This document shows positions 1 to 12,114 of a DNA stretch of 64,000 bases, one piece after another. Numbering within the stretch: position 1 is the first letter of the stretch; every line of letters begins with the position of its first letter. The notes under the pieces were generated by a model. That model did not search any database and was not told the origin of the DNA. It saw only the letters and a list, made by a program, of their open reading frames with translations. The position numbers and the translations under genes were made by a program. Source of the stretch: Piromyces finnis finn (lineage: Eukaryota > Fungi > Neocallimastigomycota); NCBI GenBank assembly GCA_002104945.1, contig MCFH01000052.1, positions 62,001 to 126,000 of the forward strand. Direction: 5' to 3'.

Positions 1-333
1 AACATTTATAAATTGGTGAATTTGTATTTTATTTATTTATTTATTTATTTATTTTTTTTTCTCTTTTGATTTTAGGCAGGTAAATTTAATAAATTTAAAA
101 GAAAATTCGATGAAAAAAAAAAAAAAAAAAAAAATATATTTTATTCATAAAATTAAAATTAAAATTAAAATACAAAAATTAAAAGTGTTGCTTAAAGTTG
201 GTTGAATACTTGTTATTAATTGTTAATATCTACTTATAATAATAAGTACAGTAATTTTCAAAGTTTATTTTTTTATTTCTTTTTTTTAAAAAAAAGAAAA
301 GACTAATAATTTTATTTTATATCGCGATAGCTT

Positions 334-449
334 TACATTTATTACTACTAATGGAGATTGGTATCATTGTCAATGAATTGTTTTCATACATTTATTACTA
401 CTATTGGAGATTGATATCATTGTCAATGAATTGTTTTCATACATTTATT
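334..449. repeat. 53-bp tandem repeat, about 2.2 copies
   Basis: TACATTTATTACTACTA(A/T)TGGAGATTG(G/A)TATCATTGTCAATGAATTGTTTTCA starts at 334 and 387, with a partial copy at 440. Confidence 0.85.
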
Positions 450-1565
450 TCACCACAAATTATTATTCATAAGAAAAGAATAGTCACAAGAAATTAAAGG
501 TTATGTTAATAGAAAAGTAGTGAGAAAAATGAAAACAAGCATATTTTATTTTATCTCTATGTATTTTAATTTTTTTTATTTATTAACACTGGCTAAAAAG
601 TTGTTCTAGAAGGTTTACTAAATTATCTAATTTCTATCAATGATCAATAGGTATTATTACTAAATATAATATAAAATTTGTAAATTGATTATGAGAAAAA
701 ATGTGCTTATTTCTACAGATTTGGTTAGACCATTAAACTTTTTTATGTAAAGAACACATCAGGTTACTATTTTTCTAAAGTATAATCATTGTATATCTAT
801 CTTTCCAATGAAATTCAGTATTAAGGATAAAATATTAATTATTATTTCCAGATTCTCTTTCAGGCACTTCAGGTGATATATACTCTAATCCTTCTTCAGG
901 TAATATTAGCTCAGATTCATTAGCATCTACTTATTAAATGTATAATGAATTTTTTATTTTTTTTTTATATATTTATTACTCTTTTAATCGGGAGATAAAT
1001 AAAAAAATGTGTAAAAATACATTCAAATATTTCAATTATTGCTTTTTTGATATTAAAAAACTATTTTAAATTATTAAAATACTGTTTTAATACGGGAAGC
1101 TACTTATAACCAGTAGTAAAATATTTCAGTAAATACTGAAAAAAAAAAGCTAATGCATTATATTATGTATTATCAAAAACAAATTTTATTTTGATTCTAT
1201 TTATTCTAATATAAAGTTATTATTTTTTTTTATTTTATGAAAATATTATAATTTATTAAAAATACCTAATAAAATCAATTATATTTTTTTTTGCTTTATT
1301 TTTTGAAAACAATTATAAAAAAAATATTATTTTAAAGATAATAAAAATAAAAAAAATATTGATTTTTTAATAAATCATATGATTGTTAAATAAAAAATAT
1401 TTATATAATGTCTTTATTTCAATTAAATTATAAATATAATAATAAAAATAAAAAATAGAAAGATAATATATATATATATAGTAAAATAAGAATAGTAAAA
1501 TAAAAATATATATTTATATTTTATATATTGATAATTATTCATATTTATATTTTTTTTTTTCATTT

Positions 1566-4500
1566 TTAGCTATCAGTATCTGGTGCAGAGTAGTAGTATT
1601 CACTATCATCAGATACAAAGTCGTCCGAATCATAAGTAAAGCTATTAATATTAATATTATTAAATTTTTCAAAATAGATATTACAGTACATTGATGCATA
1701 TTTAGAATCCGTATTTTTCTTAATATCTTCAATAGCCATATATTTCTCAATCATATTATTATTAAATTTATTCATTATTATGTTTGTAAATATTTGATTT
1801 ATAATATCCTCTATGTATGTATTGTTAATTCTGTCTAAAAATTTTAATACTTCATTCTGATCATAATTAAGGATATTAAAATGACTAAATATGGTTTCAA
1901 AACTGGTTATTAGTTTATTTTTCAATGAATTATCAGAATAAAATTCGTTAATTAATTCTTCTGTACAAAGGATACGTAATAACTCTATTCTATAGATTTC
2001 ATTTTCTATTTTTAATTTAATATTTATTAAATCAATAAGGAAATCCAGGTAATCTTCATTATTTTTGAATTTATAACTAAAGTAGTTAAATTCATTTTGG
2101 ATAATTTCATTTTTCACAAGTATATCATTTTGATTTCTACCCTTTAATATATTAAAGTATAACAATAGATTTTTATTCATGGGTACCGAACTATTCTTAC
2201 AAATATTTTCATGTTCTGGTATTAAAAAGTATTGATTTTCCTTTTTTAAATAAATTAAATATTTATTTATGTTGGTGACTAAAGGTATATTGTGCTTTAC
2301 AAAATAACGAAGAACATGAATTAAATCTTGGGAATTGTAAATGTATTGTTGTTGCTGATTTATCATACCCTCTAGTTTTTTCAGATCCATAGTAAACACC
2401 TCTAAATCGTTAATAAGCATTATCATATTTCTATTATCGGAATTCTTAATTCCTGGATTGGTGATAATACAATAAATAACTGTTTCGTATAAATTATTAA
2501 GAATATTTAAAGTTAAATTATGACCATCCTCATAGATAAACATATTTAAGGATAATTGTGAGATGTAGCTATTAATGTAATCTGTTAGAACCATATCAAA
2601 GGCCAGAATATATTTAATTATATTTTCAATATTTTCTCTATATAATTCAATGAAAATGGTAAAGTTTAATATTTTATCATAATCGAAGGAATCATCCTTT
2701 CCGGTTTCAACTTGTTCCTGAGCAAATAGTGAATAAAGAACTTTGAAAAATTTTAAAATACTTGAATTGAAGTATTTTTTATTCGTTTTTGATAAATAAT
2801 AATGTATAAAGTCGTTAAAGAATAAATCCAATAATTTATTCTTTTGATAATTATTAATTTCAGTTCCATTGTAAATACTATTTTCAAATATTTCATTAAA
2901 ATATTGATGTTTAAAGACTTTTTCTTTTAATGTATTTTCAATATTTCTTTTAGTGTGATGATATTCTCTGGATTTTATTCTTTTACTTATAAATTGATTT
3001 TCATTTTTTTTATAATCCTTTAATAAACTATTCGACTTCATAAACCTAAAACCTTCATCAAATATTGTAATGATACATGGGAAAGTGATGCCTAAGATTA
3101 AATCAATATCTTCTGAACCTGATTCTTTTATAAATTTAGAGATGCTCAAATCACTAGTGTTAATATAGGTTTCATAAATATTATCAAAACATAGATGTGC
3201 CAATTTTTCTTCTCCAAAGATTTTGGATGCGAAAATACTTTGCTTTTCTAAATGTATTATGATATATTTGATGACATTTTTATAAATAATATTCATATAC
3301 TTTATTATTACGGAAATGAAATCACTTTCATTATTTTCAAACTCATATTCTGTAAATACTCTAAGGATAAAATCACTATCAAATTGTTTTAGAATATTAA
3401 AGGCTAAATCTTTTATCATTGCTTTCATCTCTTCATTATCACGAATGTAATAATATACGATGGATTTATACTCTTCAACTGTTATTGTATTTAAATAGGT
3501 AAAAATTTTATTGGAGATTAAATTCATTTTAAAATTATAATTAATAGTGTTTAACGCAGCATTTAAATTACCATCAAAGTATTTATCCGGGTTAAATAGT
3601 GAGTCATTTCTAAATAATTTATTGTTATGATAAAGTATACTTACAAAATTAACTTCAGTTCTACTTAAATTATCAATGAAAAATTGATTCCATTCTGTTA
3701 AATATGAGATCAATTTATTATTAATAATATTATCATAGTTATATTCTTGTAAATCATCATTATCCTCTGGACTGATATTTTGAACCTTGTTACATGGGTG
3801 TTGGTCTTCAACAATTCTTCTTTTTAAATGAACAATAAAAAGAATAACTTTTGGTTTCAATTTTCCTGCGTGGTCAAGTTTCTTTTCATTATTAGCAATC
3901 AAATAGTTTAAATGGGTTAAATGAATGATATCATTTATACTAAAGTGGAATACACATAAATTTTCATCATCATTTATGAGGTAATTTTCAATAATTTTGT
4001 TAATAGTACGTTCAGATTTATATTGGTTAACATAAATAGTCTTTACTTTAGTAAATGGACCAAAAGTTTTATTTTCGATGGGCTTTATTTCATTTTTATT
4101 TTCATTATCGTATTCAAAGGCTTGATCAAAAATATTGGAATAGGTGTAAATAATATGTTTAGTTGTGTTAATTTTTTTAAGATAGTATTTGATATTTTGA
4201 TGTTCCTTTATATCTTTTATATAAAGATTTTCAATCATTTTATATTCATCTTGATACTTTTTGCTGAAACTTGAGTATTTCATATACAATAGTATGTCTT
4301 GTGAGAAAGTTGGTACAATGGTTTCTAAAATTTCGTCAATATACGATTTATCAACAGCAGATTCCAAAAACGTATCAATTGAATCATCGTTTTCTGCGGC
4401 ATGCGAGTTTCCCATATTTTTATATTTGGAAAGTATTTTTTCATTCATTTTAAATATAATTCCTTGAATTTCCTCTAAATTACAGTTAATTAGTTGATAT

Positions 4501-7500
4501 TTAAAATCAATTTTTATTCTGCTATTCTTGTAGCTGCTATCATATATACTGGTTAACATTGAAATCACTTGCTTTGAAATATTGATTTCATCATCACTCA
4601 GTAATCCATCAATCGATAATTTATACTTTTCAAATCTGTTAATAAATGGTGGATCTTGCTTCCTAATCTCATTTTCATCGACAATAACAATAATTCTGGA
4701 GTCATTATTAATAAAAGTATTTTGTGTATTAATATTTCCGAGTGCAATTCTGGCATATTTATTCTTACCAATTATTCTGAAATTTTGATTGAATAAGTCG
4801 TATAGAGAGGAGTATAAATTAGTCAAGTTAGATAAAACCATAATGTTATCATGAATCATTGTCGATTTAATCTTATTTAACATATTTATACGATAGTAAT
4901 TTTCACTTTCACTAATATCTTCCTTGAAAACACTTCCATAGTAGTATTCATACTTTTTTTCAAGTTCTTTTAAAATAGCTGAAATAAGAAATTGACCAAT
5001 TGAATTGTTTGTAATAACTAATGTGTATCTACTTTCCTTATCATTTATATTTTTAATAATATTTGCCATGGCATCATAAGCTTTCTTCATGTTTAACATT
5101 ATTGGTTTTTCGATAAATCTTATATTGTTATCTGAGTTATGATTATAAATCTTTTTGAATTCTATGATTGATTTATTCAGAGCACCGAAATTTCTTTCAA
5201 TACTTTCACTAATAATATCTTCAATTACTTGAGTGTCATCAGGAAACTCTTTATCGATAAGCTTTCTTGAAATTAATTTAATCAAATGGTAAAAATCTCT
5301 TGTTCCGTGAAATTCTTTTATACTATTTTCAAATTGATGATGCTCATCCTTAATTATAAACCCTTTATGGGAGGATGTGAAATAGAAGGGCTGATTTCTT
5401 AGTTTATTTTTATACTGATAGTAGGTTAAAGCTAATATTTCGTAGTATACTATATATTTATTGACTAAAGTTTCATTATAGGATTGAGCAATAGCAACTG
5501 CAACCTTTTTTAAATCATCATCATCAAGGTCAGGTATGGATAAGTGAATGCCTCGATTCATTTTTGAAGCATCCAATGCCCAATTGGAAATTCCAATAAA
5601 TGCAACTTCAGTCTTATTTCTTTCGTACTCTAACTCAGAATGAATAACTCTAAGCGAATTTTCGGCTAATCCCAGTTCATCAAAATATATGACAGATATT
5701 ACGTTTTTTGATATAGCTTCACTGGATATTGTTTTTCTTGCTCTGTCAAATAACTCTAAAACACTTTCAGAAGTGCTTGTTGTTGATCCCTGATAAGAAT
5801 TAGTATATACTTTTGGAAATAGCTTAAAGAAACCACTTAATGAATCCTCCCCATTCATAGATTTGAATATTAATTGAGCACTAAGTGATTTCGAACAACC
5901 AGGCTTACCTATTATAAAGAGTGGAATTTTTGTGTTGATACAAACGAAAATAGCAAATAAATTTTCTAGTAATGCTTTATTTCTTGCAATTCCATCGTAT
6001 AATTTAACTTCATTAGCTATTAAATTTTGAACTCTTCTTGGGAACTCCTCAAAGTCATAGTTTATACCAAAGGTTTCAACTTCTGCCATTAAAGACAAAA
6101 ATTCATTACGCTTTTGTTTATCATATATTCTGATGAAGTAACAAAGATAAATACTTAAATTTAATGAATAAAGATATACTAATTGACCATTATTGGGTTG
6201 ATGATCTAATCCTAATTTTTGAGATATATATGGTTTCTTTAAAAAATCGATAAACCATTGATATAAAACACTCCATCGGTTTAGTTCTCTTAAACTTACA
6301 GAGGAAATATCAAATTCTTTTTTAATGAAGAAATGGGCTTTAGCGATTGAGTTGGATGCAATTTTTTTAATTTCATTCAAAGGATCTTGTGTTGTATTTA
6401 ATTTTTTAATGGTTTCCGAAGTAATAGTGTTTATATATCGTATAATATCATCATTTTTTGGTGTGGCAAAATTGAAAATAAAGTTTAAAATTGGATGAGG
6501 AATAGGATAAACAATGTAAACCAAGTTATTATTATTATTACTGTTATAAATGTTATATAATCCAACTTCTTTACTCATTTTCTTTTCCTTTTTTCTGTAT
6601 GGATTACACGCAGCAATAATTTTAATATTTTCTTTTAGTTTTCTACCCTTACAAGAATGTTTTAAAATAATTTCTGCAATTAATTCTACAGAGCTACATG
6701 CATTAAATTCATCAATGAAAAGCCATGTATTTGAAGATTTTGTTTTTTCATCATTTGAAGTGTTTTCTTTTTCATTATCGGAAAATAACTTTTCTGATTC
6801 TAAATATTTTATAATTTTATCATCATCTATTCCTGCATGTATGTTAAAAATGTGTAATTGAACCCCTTTTAATTCTGCTATTATTTTAATTAAACTTGTT
6901 TTCCCACATCCAGTTTCCCCCAATAAAATAACAGGAATTTCAGTACGAAGTCTTAGGTTAATTAAAACTAATTTAAAAAAGTTATCTTTTGTAAAGACAT
7001 AGGACTTAACAATGTTTAATAATTCTTCCATTGGTTTATTTATATTTAAAACGCGTTCAATTTTTTTTAAGTAATCTTCTGTTGTTAAATTCTCGAAATT
7101 TACAAAGTCTAATTCATTCTTTTTGATTGAGTTGGAATTATATAAAGTTTTCAATAAATTAAATTCTTTATATCTTGGATCGTTAGATGAATCGATGTTA
7201 AGTTGTTGAGGTACTTCACCCGTTAGAATAATGGTTACCGACATGCCATCTTCATTAAATAAAACCATACTAGGTCTAATATTATCTATTGATATAATAT
7301 TTGGATTACTTAATATTTTCCTTACCTCTTCAATTACAAAATCATAATCCACTGTTCCCATGGAATGGTTAATGGCCAAGTCTTGATTTTTCAAGATATC
7401 ATCGTACGATGAAGTAATGAAATATTTAGTAATTGTAAATATTGATGAAACAATATACCCTCTTACTTCATCAATATATTTCATATTTTTTGATATGTCA

Positions 7501-10500
7501 CTATTTAATTGCTCTACTTTAAAATACTCAGAATTAGATAAAAGTTCAAGTTGACTAGAAACAATTTGAATGTATGAATAGATTTGATAATAATTAAGAT
7601 TTTCAACTTTCATAATATTATCTTCTTTTTTTCTAATAGTATCTATTATAATTTTGAAGCATTCATCAACGTTGTTTATAAGGTTATTTGTATTAGGAGG
7701 ATTAGATTGATAATAAGGGATGTCTATCTTATTAACTTTATCAATATTAAGTATATAGTTTGCTATATTTTTAAGGCGTAATATTTCTTTTTCCTTTTCT
7801 TCTTCTTTTTCTTTAGTCACTATAAATGGTTGTAATTGGTTCTTTTTTATGTTCAGATTTTCAAAGAAATCAAGGATAGGAAATAAGTTCATATAATTAA
7901 TATAACCATTCGGAAGCTCTACTTTAATTCTTATTTCATTTCCATAATAAAATATATTTTCGTTTTGAGAATAATACTTTAATATTAAAAAAGAAAATAA
8001 AAACTCTTTAATGAGGTCAATTTGCTTGGAATAATGTAAATCAAGGTGTAGACCTATAACCCTATCCTTTTTAGTTAATTTTAATAATCTTTTAATAATT
8101 TCACTTTTTTTAATATCCCCACCTATTGGAAAATAGACATACTTATATTTTTCCTTTCCTAGTTCATAATCAAAATCTCTTTTTATTTTAGTAGATTTTC
8201 CTAAACCGGAGAGATCACTTGAATATATTTCAACTTTTGGGAATTTTTTAAATAAAATTTCATTCTTTTTTAAATTATAAATTTTGTTATTTGATAATTT
8301 TCTAATTTCAACGATGACTTCTTCAGCGATATTATTTTTATTATATATAAAAAGGAGACAGGAATTTAATTTTTTTTGATGTTTTATACCTAAAAACCCT
8401 CTTATTAATTCAATCAATAAATTTTTATTTTTTAATTTTAATTTATCGGGTTTCATAATGATAAACAAAGTGTTGGTTTCACACTTTATGCTCCTATACA
8501 CAAAAGATATAATTTCGTTTTCGGAAGTTTCTTCATTACAATTTAAAATTGTTTGTGCTATGGGAAAGTGTCCAGTCAAACATAGGCAACAGTATATAGT
8601 ATCTATTTCTATATTTTCAACTGAACATTCGTGACTGTATATACCAGTATTATTCTCATTTAATAATTTTGCATCTTGATAAATAAATGATATATCTAAA
8701 TTATTTAGAGTTAATAACCCGTTTAAATAGAAAGTTACATCATCAAGCATTTGTTCCTGGGGGGAATTTTGGTTTGAATGTCTAAGGTAAACATTTTCAT
8801 TTTCATCCCTATTATTATTACATGTAACGTATTTTAAAATATTAATTAAAACATTTTTATCGACATTTTTATCCATTTCGTCGATATTGAAGTTATTTCT
8901 AATAAATTCATAAATGAAATAGAATTGTCTACCATGAATTAATCTTGTAACTGAATTTGTTAAATATGTTGATTTAATGAAACGACTGCAAGCTTCTTCG
9001 ATACCATTTAATTCATTAATAATCGCCTTTAGTTCCTTTTCTTTTCTTTTAGTAATACTATTTTGATTAAATTCGAAAGAACATCCATTTTCGATGATAA
9101 TCTTATAGTTTAAAACTTTATAATATCCTTTGGTTGATATTTTATTTAATATATTTACTATATCATGGATATCTGTTACAATTTCTATAAATCGTAATCT
9201 AATATCATCTTGCTCTCCTAACAATGCAATTTCTTGTAGATGTAATATTTCGGAGAATTCCATAGTACTATTGGTTTTATTTTCATTTTCTTTTGTTGAG
9301 GTTTTATTACTTTCTGAATTTTTTATAAAATTAAATGTGCATGTATAGAAAGTACCGTTATAATTTATTTCACATAAACTTAAATTAACTATTCTTTTAA
9401 TAAGATCTATCTTCAATTCATTTGTGTTTAAATGGTAAGTATTAAGGTCGTTAAAGCTATTGTATTTTTCGGATGATTTTTCAAATTTAATAGATAAATC
9501 TTTAAAAGTATTAACTGTATTTATAAATTTATCCAATACTAGTTTTTCGGAGAAATTGGTACATTCTTTTTGTAATTCTTCTTGTAATTTATAAATAAAG
9601 GCGGCACAACCTTCTAAAAAGTAAATATCTTGACTATTTATATTTAAATTATTAATATCATCATTAATAAATTCTCTCATTTGTTTGAAATCGTCGTATT
9701 GTCTATCCAAAATAAAGGATACTAATTCTGGAACATTATACATTTTAATGAGAACATCTTGAATAGTAGAATATTTATTATAATTTAAAATATCTAAATT
9801 TAATTGAAGTAATGAATCATCTATTTCTACTAATTTTTCTAATAATTTTTCTTCAGACGAACATTTACTTAATAATACAATATTTTTACCTAACTCAGTC
9901 CTAATATATTTTTTATCATCATTATCCATACCATTCCTATCATGGCTATTATCATTTTCCACAATAAAATCATTTAATAATAAAATAATTTTATTTAACA
10001 AATCTATATTATATTCTCTATTTTTAAATAATTTTAATTTTCTTGTAATCGTTTCTAGAGCATTAGTATTTACATTCAAAATTCTATTTAAAGTAACTAT
10101 TTCATCTTTTAATTTTGAAGCATCAATATTTATTAATATTTCTTTTAAAAATTCATAATCAATATCTTTCTCATTATTCACAAAAAATATATTTCGTAAA
10201 TTATTAAATTTATCCATTGCATTTTCAATTATTGTACTCTCATTATGCTTGTTCATAACCCTATCCCTTTTAATTTTTTGATAGATTTCAATAAAAAATT
10301 TCGAAGCTTCTAATTTATTTATATTTTGAGCTATATTATAATTCTGATCAAAATCAATGATTTTATCCTTTTGTGGAAATTGATTTATTTGATTTTTTTT
10401 AATATTTTGCAATAATGTGGTATATGTTTTAATGATATTGACTTTATCTTTTGAATAATATTTTTTAAAAATATCAATAATTTTCTTTAATTTTAATATT

Positions 10501-11885
10501 ATATCCATACAGTATTCTATTGTAGTAACCAACATATTATATATGCTATTTGAAAATTCAGAATTTAAAGAAAGAATTGTACATAATAACTTTAAATCGT
10601 TTTCCGAGATATCGATAATAGAATTTGGAATTCCATCATTAATATTAATATTATTTTTATTTTTCTGTGAAGAGTATAAGAAATAAAAAATTTGCAAATG
10701 ATTATAAGAAAAGTCTTCATTTATTATTTTCTTCTTTATTTTTTCGATATTTTTTATTGATCCCTCGATGTATTCGTTGTTATTTCTAGATCTAAAAAAG
10801 TTCATCATTATCAAATAATAAAGTAATTTCAAGTTATTTGAGAATTCAATGTTATAAAAATCATCCTCATTTACTATTCTATTACTTAATTGTTGTAACA
10901 AATAATATTGAGAGTCAACCTTATTGGATAAATTTTTTAAAATACTTATTATATCCTTATTCTCTAATTGTTTTATATTTAAATTACTAATTAATAATTT
11001 AATATTATTTTCATTAAGTCTATTTCCATTATTTGTTAAAATTATTAATGAAACGTAATGCGTATTATTTGAGAAATATTCTTTCATAAAGTCATTAAAT
11101 CTTTCAATTATATTATAATTTTCTTTCTTTAAAGTAAATACATATAATGGACTAATAACTTGAATTATTTCATTATCATGTATATAATTATTTTTTTTGA
11201 TAAAATTTTCTAATTTACTAACAAGTTTTTTAATAATTGTATTATCAATATTGTTACTATTATACATATCAAATAATTTATAGAGTACTTGGAAATGCTC
11301 GTAGGAATATACTCTACTTATAATAATATCTATAGTATTCTCATATATTTTTCTATTTTTGAATAATATTTTAAATATTTCAATCAATATGTTTAATTTA
11401 TCCTTGTAATTTTCTATTTTTTCATTTATATCAATATATTTAATTAATTGATAATTGTTATATTCCTTATTTGATTCATATACTGTATGACTATTACAAT
11501 CTTCCATAATGAATTTTAAAATCTCATTATTTCCTTTTATTTTTTTTGATTTAATCATGCTTCTTCCTGTTTTTTGAAAAGCTTTATAAACTTTGGATGC
11601 TAATTCATTAATTTTTTCATATTTATCTAAATGCTTTTCAAATTGTCTTTTTATTAATCTTAAATTGTAATAGTCATTATTTTTTTGGAATTTTTTAATT
11701 ATTTTCTTGAATGTTTTATACATACACTCTATTTCCTCATCCGATAATCTATCATTTTCCAAGATATTTATACAATCAAATATAAGATTAATATTGTCAT
11801 TTGAGGTATTACAATTTTGCAATACTTTTTCACAAATATTATTAACATCATTTGAAGATGAACGATTATTTTGATTATAATCCAT
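1566..11885 (-). CDS. RNF213-like: RNF213/mysterin-like giant multi-AAA+ ATPase, 3439 aa, intronless; no RING or RZ-finger E3 motif visible
   Basis: Ordered RNF213-family core motifs: SDLSGLGKST (about nt 8190-8220), IPVILLGETGCGKT (Walker A, about 6900-6940), LFIDEFN (Walker B), IIAACNPYR, VSLRELNR, IPLFIIGKPGCSKS (Walker A, about 5885-5930), SYQGS, VIYFDELGLAE (Walker B), FIGISNWALDASKMNRG, GTRDFYHLIK, RNFG. The match to RNF213 is from recalled family motifs. Confidence 0.88.
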   Translation of the reverse strand: MDYNQNNRSSSNDVNNICEKVLQNCNTSNDNINLIFDCINILENDRLSDEEIECMYKTFKKIIKKFQKNNDYYNLRLIKRQFEKHLDKYEKINELASKVYKAFQKTGRSMIKSKKIKGNNEILKFIMEDCNSHTVYESNKEYNNYQLIKYIDINEKIENYKDKLNILIEIFKILFKNRKIYENTIDIIISRVYSYEHFQVLYKLFDMYNSNNIDNTIIKKLVSKLENFIKKNNYIHDNEIIQVISPLYVFTLKKENYNIIERFNDFMKEYFSNNTHYVSLIILTNNGNRLNENNIKLLISNLNIKQLENKDIISILKNLSNKVDSQYYLLQQLSNRIVNEDDFYNIEFSNNLKLLYYLIMMNFFRSRNNNEYIEGSIKNIEKIKKKIINEDFSYNHLQIFYFLYSSQKNKNNININDGIPNSIIDISENDLKLLCTILSLNSEFSNSIYNMLVTTIEYCMDIILKLKKIIDIFKKYYSKDKVNIIKTYTTLLQNIKKNQINQFPQKDKIIDFDQNYNIAQNINKLEASKFFIEIYQKIKRDRVMNKHNESTIIENAMDKFNNLRNIFFVNNEKDIDYEFLKEILINIDASKLKDEIVTLNRILNVNTNALETITRKLKLFKNREYNIDLLNKIILLLNDFIVENDNSHDRNGMDNDDKKYIRTELGKNIVLLSKCSSEEKLLEKLVEIDDSLLQLNLDILNYNKYSTIQDVLIKMYNVPELVSFILDRQYDDFKQMREFINDDINNLNINSQDIYFLEGCAAFIYKLQEELQKECTNFSEKLVLDKFINTVNTFKDLSIKFEKSSEKYNSFNDLNTYHLNTNELKIDLIKRIVNLSLCEINYNGTFYTCTFNFIKNSESNKTSTKENENKTNSTMEFSEILHLQEIALLGEQDDIRLRFIEIVTDIHDIVNILNKISTKGYYKVLNYKIIIENGCSFEFNQNSITKRKEKELKAIINELNGIEEACSRFIKSTYLTNSVTRLIHGRQFYFIYEFIRNNFNIDEMDKNVDKNVLINILKYVTCNNNRDENENVYLRHSNQNSPQEQMLDDVTFYLNGLLTLNNLDISFIYQDAKLLNENNTGIYSHECSVENIEIDTIYCCLCLTGHFPIAQTILNCNEETSENEIISFVYRSIKCETNTLFIIMKPDKLKLKNKNLLIELIRGFLGIKHQKKLNSCLLFIYNKNNIAEEVIVEIRKLSNNKIYNLKKNEILFKKFPKVEIYSSDLSGLGKSTKIKRDFDYELGKEKYKYVYFPIGGDIKKSEIIKRLLKLTKKDRVIGLHLDLHYSKQIDLIKEFLFSFLILKYYSQNENIFYYGNEIRIKVELPNGYINYMNLFPILDFFENLNIKKNQLQPFIVTKEKEEEKEKEILRLKNIANYILNIDKVNKIDIPYYQSNPPNTNNLINNVDECFKIIIDTIRKKEDNIMKVENLNYYQIYSYIQIVSSQLELLSNSEYFKVEQLNSDISKNMKYIDEVRGYIVSSIFTITKYFITSSYDDILKNQDLAINHSMGTVDYDFVIEEVRKILSNPNIISIDNIRPSMVLFNEDGMSVTIILTGEVPQQLNIDSSNDPRYKEFNLLKTLYNSNSIKKNELDFVNFENLTTEDYLKKIERVLNINKPMEELLNIVKSYVFTKDNFFKLVLINLRLRTEIPVILLGETGCGKTSLIKIIAELKGVQLHIFNIHAGIDDDKIIKYLESEKLFSDNEKENTSNDEKTKSSNTWLFIDEFNACSSVELIAEIILKHSCKGRKLKENIKIIAACNPYRKKEKKMSKEVGLYNIYNSNNNNNLVYIVYPIPHPILNFIFNFATPKNDDIIRYINTITSETIKKLNTTQDPLNEIKKIASNSIAKAHFFIKKEFDISSVSLRELNRWSVLYQWFIDFLKKPYISQKLGLDHQPNNGQLVYLYSLNLSIYLCYFIRIYDKQKRNEFLSLMAEVETFGINYDFEEFPRRVQNLIANEVKLYDGIARNKALLENLFAIFVCINTKIPLFIIGKPGCSKSLSAQLIFKSMNGEDSLSGFFKLFPKVYTNSYQGSTTSTSESVLELFDRARKTISSEAISKNVISVIYFDELGLAENSLRVIHSELEYERNKTEVAFIGISNWALDASKMNRGIHLSIPDLDDDDLKKVAVAIAQSYNETLVNKYIVYYEILALTYYQYKNKLRNQPFYFTSSHKGFIIKDEHHQFENSIKEFHGTRDFYHLIKLISRKLIDKEFPDDTQVIEDIISESIERNFGALNKSIIEFKKIYNHNSDNNIRFIEKPIMLNMKKAYDAMANIIKNINDKESRYTLVITNNSIGQFLISAILKELEKKYEYYYGSVFKEDISESENYYRINMLNKIKSTMIHDNIMVLSNLTNLYSSLYDLFNQNFRIIGKNKYARIALGNINTQNTFINNDSRIIVIVDENEIRKQDPPFINRFEKYKLSIDGLLSDDEINISKQVISMLTSIYDSSYKNSRIKIDFKYQLINCNLEEIQGIIFKMNEKILSKYKNMGNSHAAENDDSIDTFLESAVDKSYIDEILETIVPTFSQDILLYMKYSSFSKKYQDEYKMIENLYIKDIKEHQNIKYYLKKINTTKHIIYTYSNIFDQAFEYDNENKNEIKPIENKTFGPFTKVKTIYVNQYKSERTINKIIENYLINDDENLCVFHFSINDIIHLTHLNYLIANNEKKLDHAGKLKPKVILFIVHLKRRIVEDQHPCNKVQNISPEDNDDLQEYNYDNIINNKLISYLTEWNQFFIDNLSRTEVNFVSILYHNNKLFRNDSLFNPDKYFDGNLNAALNTINYNFKMNLISNKIFTYLNTITVEEYKSIVYYYIRDNEEMKAMIKDLAFNILKQFDSDFILRVFTEYEFENNESDFISVIIKYMNIIYKNVIKYIIIHLEKQSIFASKIFGEEKLAHLCFDNIYETYINTSDLSISKFIKESGSEDIDLILGITFPCIITIFDEGFRFMKSNSLLKDYKKNENQFISKRIKSREYHHTKRNIENTLKEKVFKHQYFNEIFENSIYNGTEINNYQKNKLLDLFFNDFIHYYLSKTNKKYFNSSILKFFKVLYSLFAQEQVETGKDDSFDYDKILNFTIFIELYRENIENIIKYILAFDMVLTDYINSYISQLSLNMFIYEDGHNLTLNILNNLYETVIYCIITNPGIKNSDNRNMIMLINDLEVFTMDLKKLEGMINQQQQYIYNSQDLIHVLRYFVKHNIPLVTNINKYLIYLKKENQYFLIPEHENICKNSSVPMNKNLLLYFNILKGRNQNDILVKNEIIQNEFNYFSYKFKNNEDYLDFLIDLINIKLKIENEIYRIELLRILCTEELINEFYSDNSLKNKLITSFETIFSHFNILNYDQNEVLKFLDRINNTYIEDIINQIFTNIIMNKFNNNMIEKYMAIEDIKKNTDSKYASMYCNIYFEKFNNININSFTYDSDDFVSDDSEYYYSAPDTDS

Positions 11886-11996
11886 AGTAAAATAAAAAAA
11901 TAAAATAAAATAATTATTTTAACTTTTTTATATTTTTATAAAATTTCATGAGTAATCTACCTTTATTTATATTTTTTTTTAAAAAAAAAGTATGTG

Positions 11997-12114
<118 letters not shown>

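Noticed and set aside
780-940. Exon-like fragment on the + strand (TTTCCAG then SLSGTSGDIYSNPSSGNISSDSLASTY*)
   Set aside because: I could not build consistent upstream exons or recognise any homology; it may be chance.
1535-1750. 71-aa minus-strand ORF
   Set aside because: Alternative-frame overlap with the 3' end of the RNF213-like gene; no independent support.
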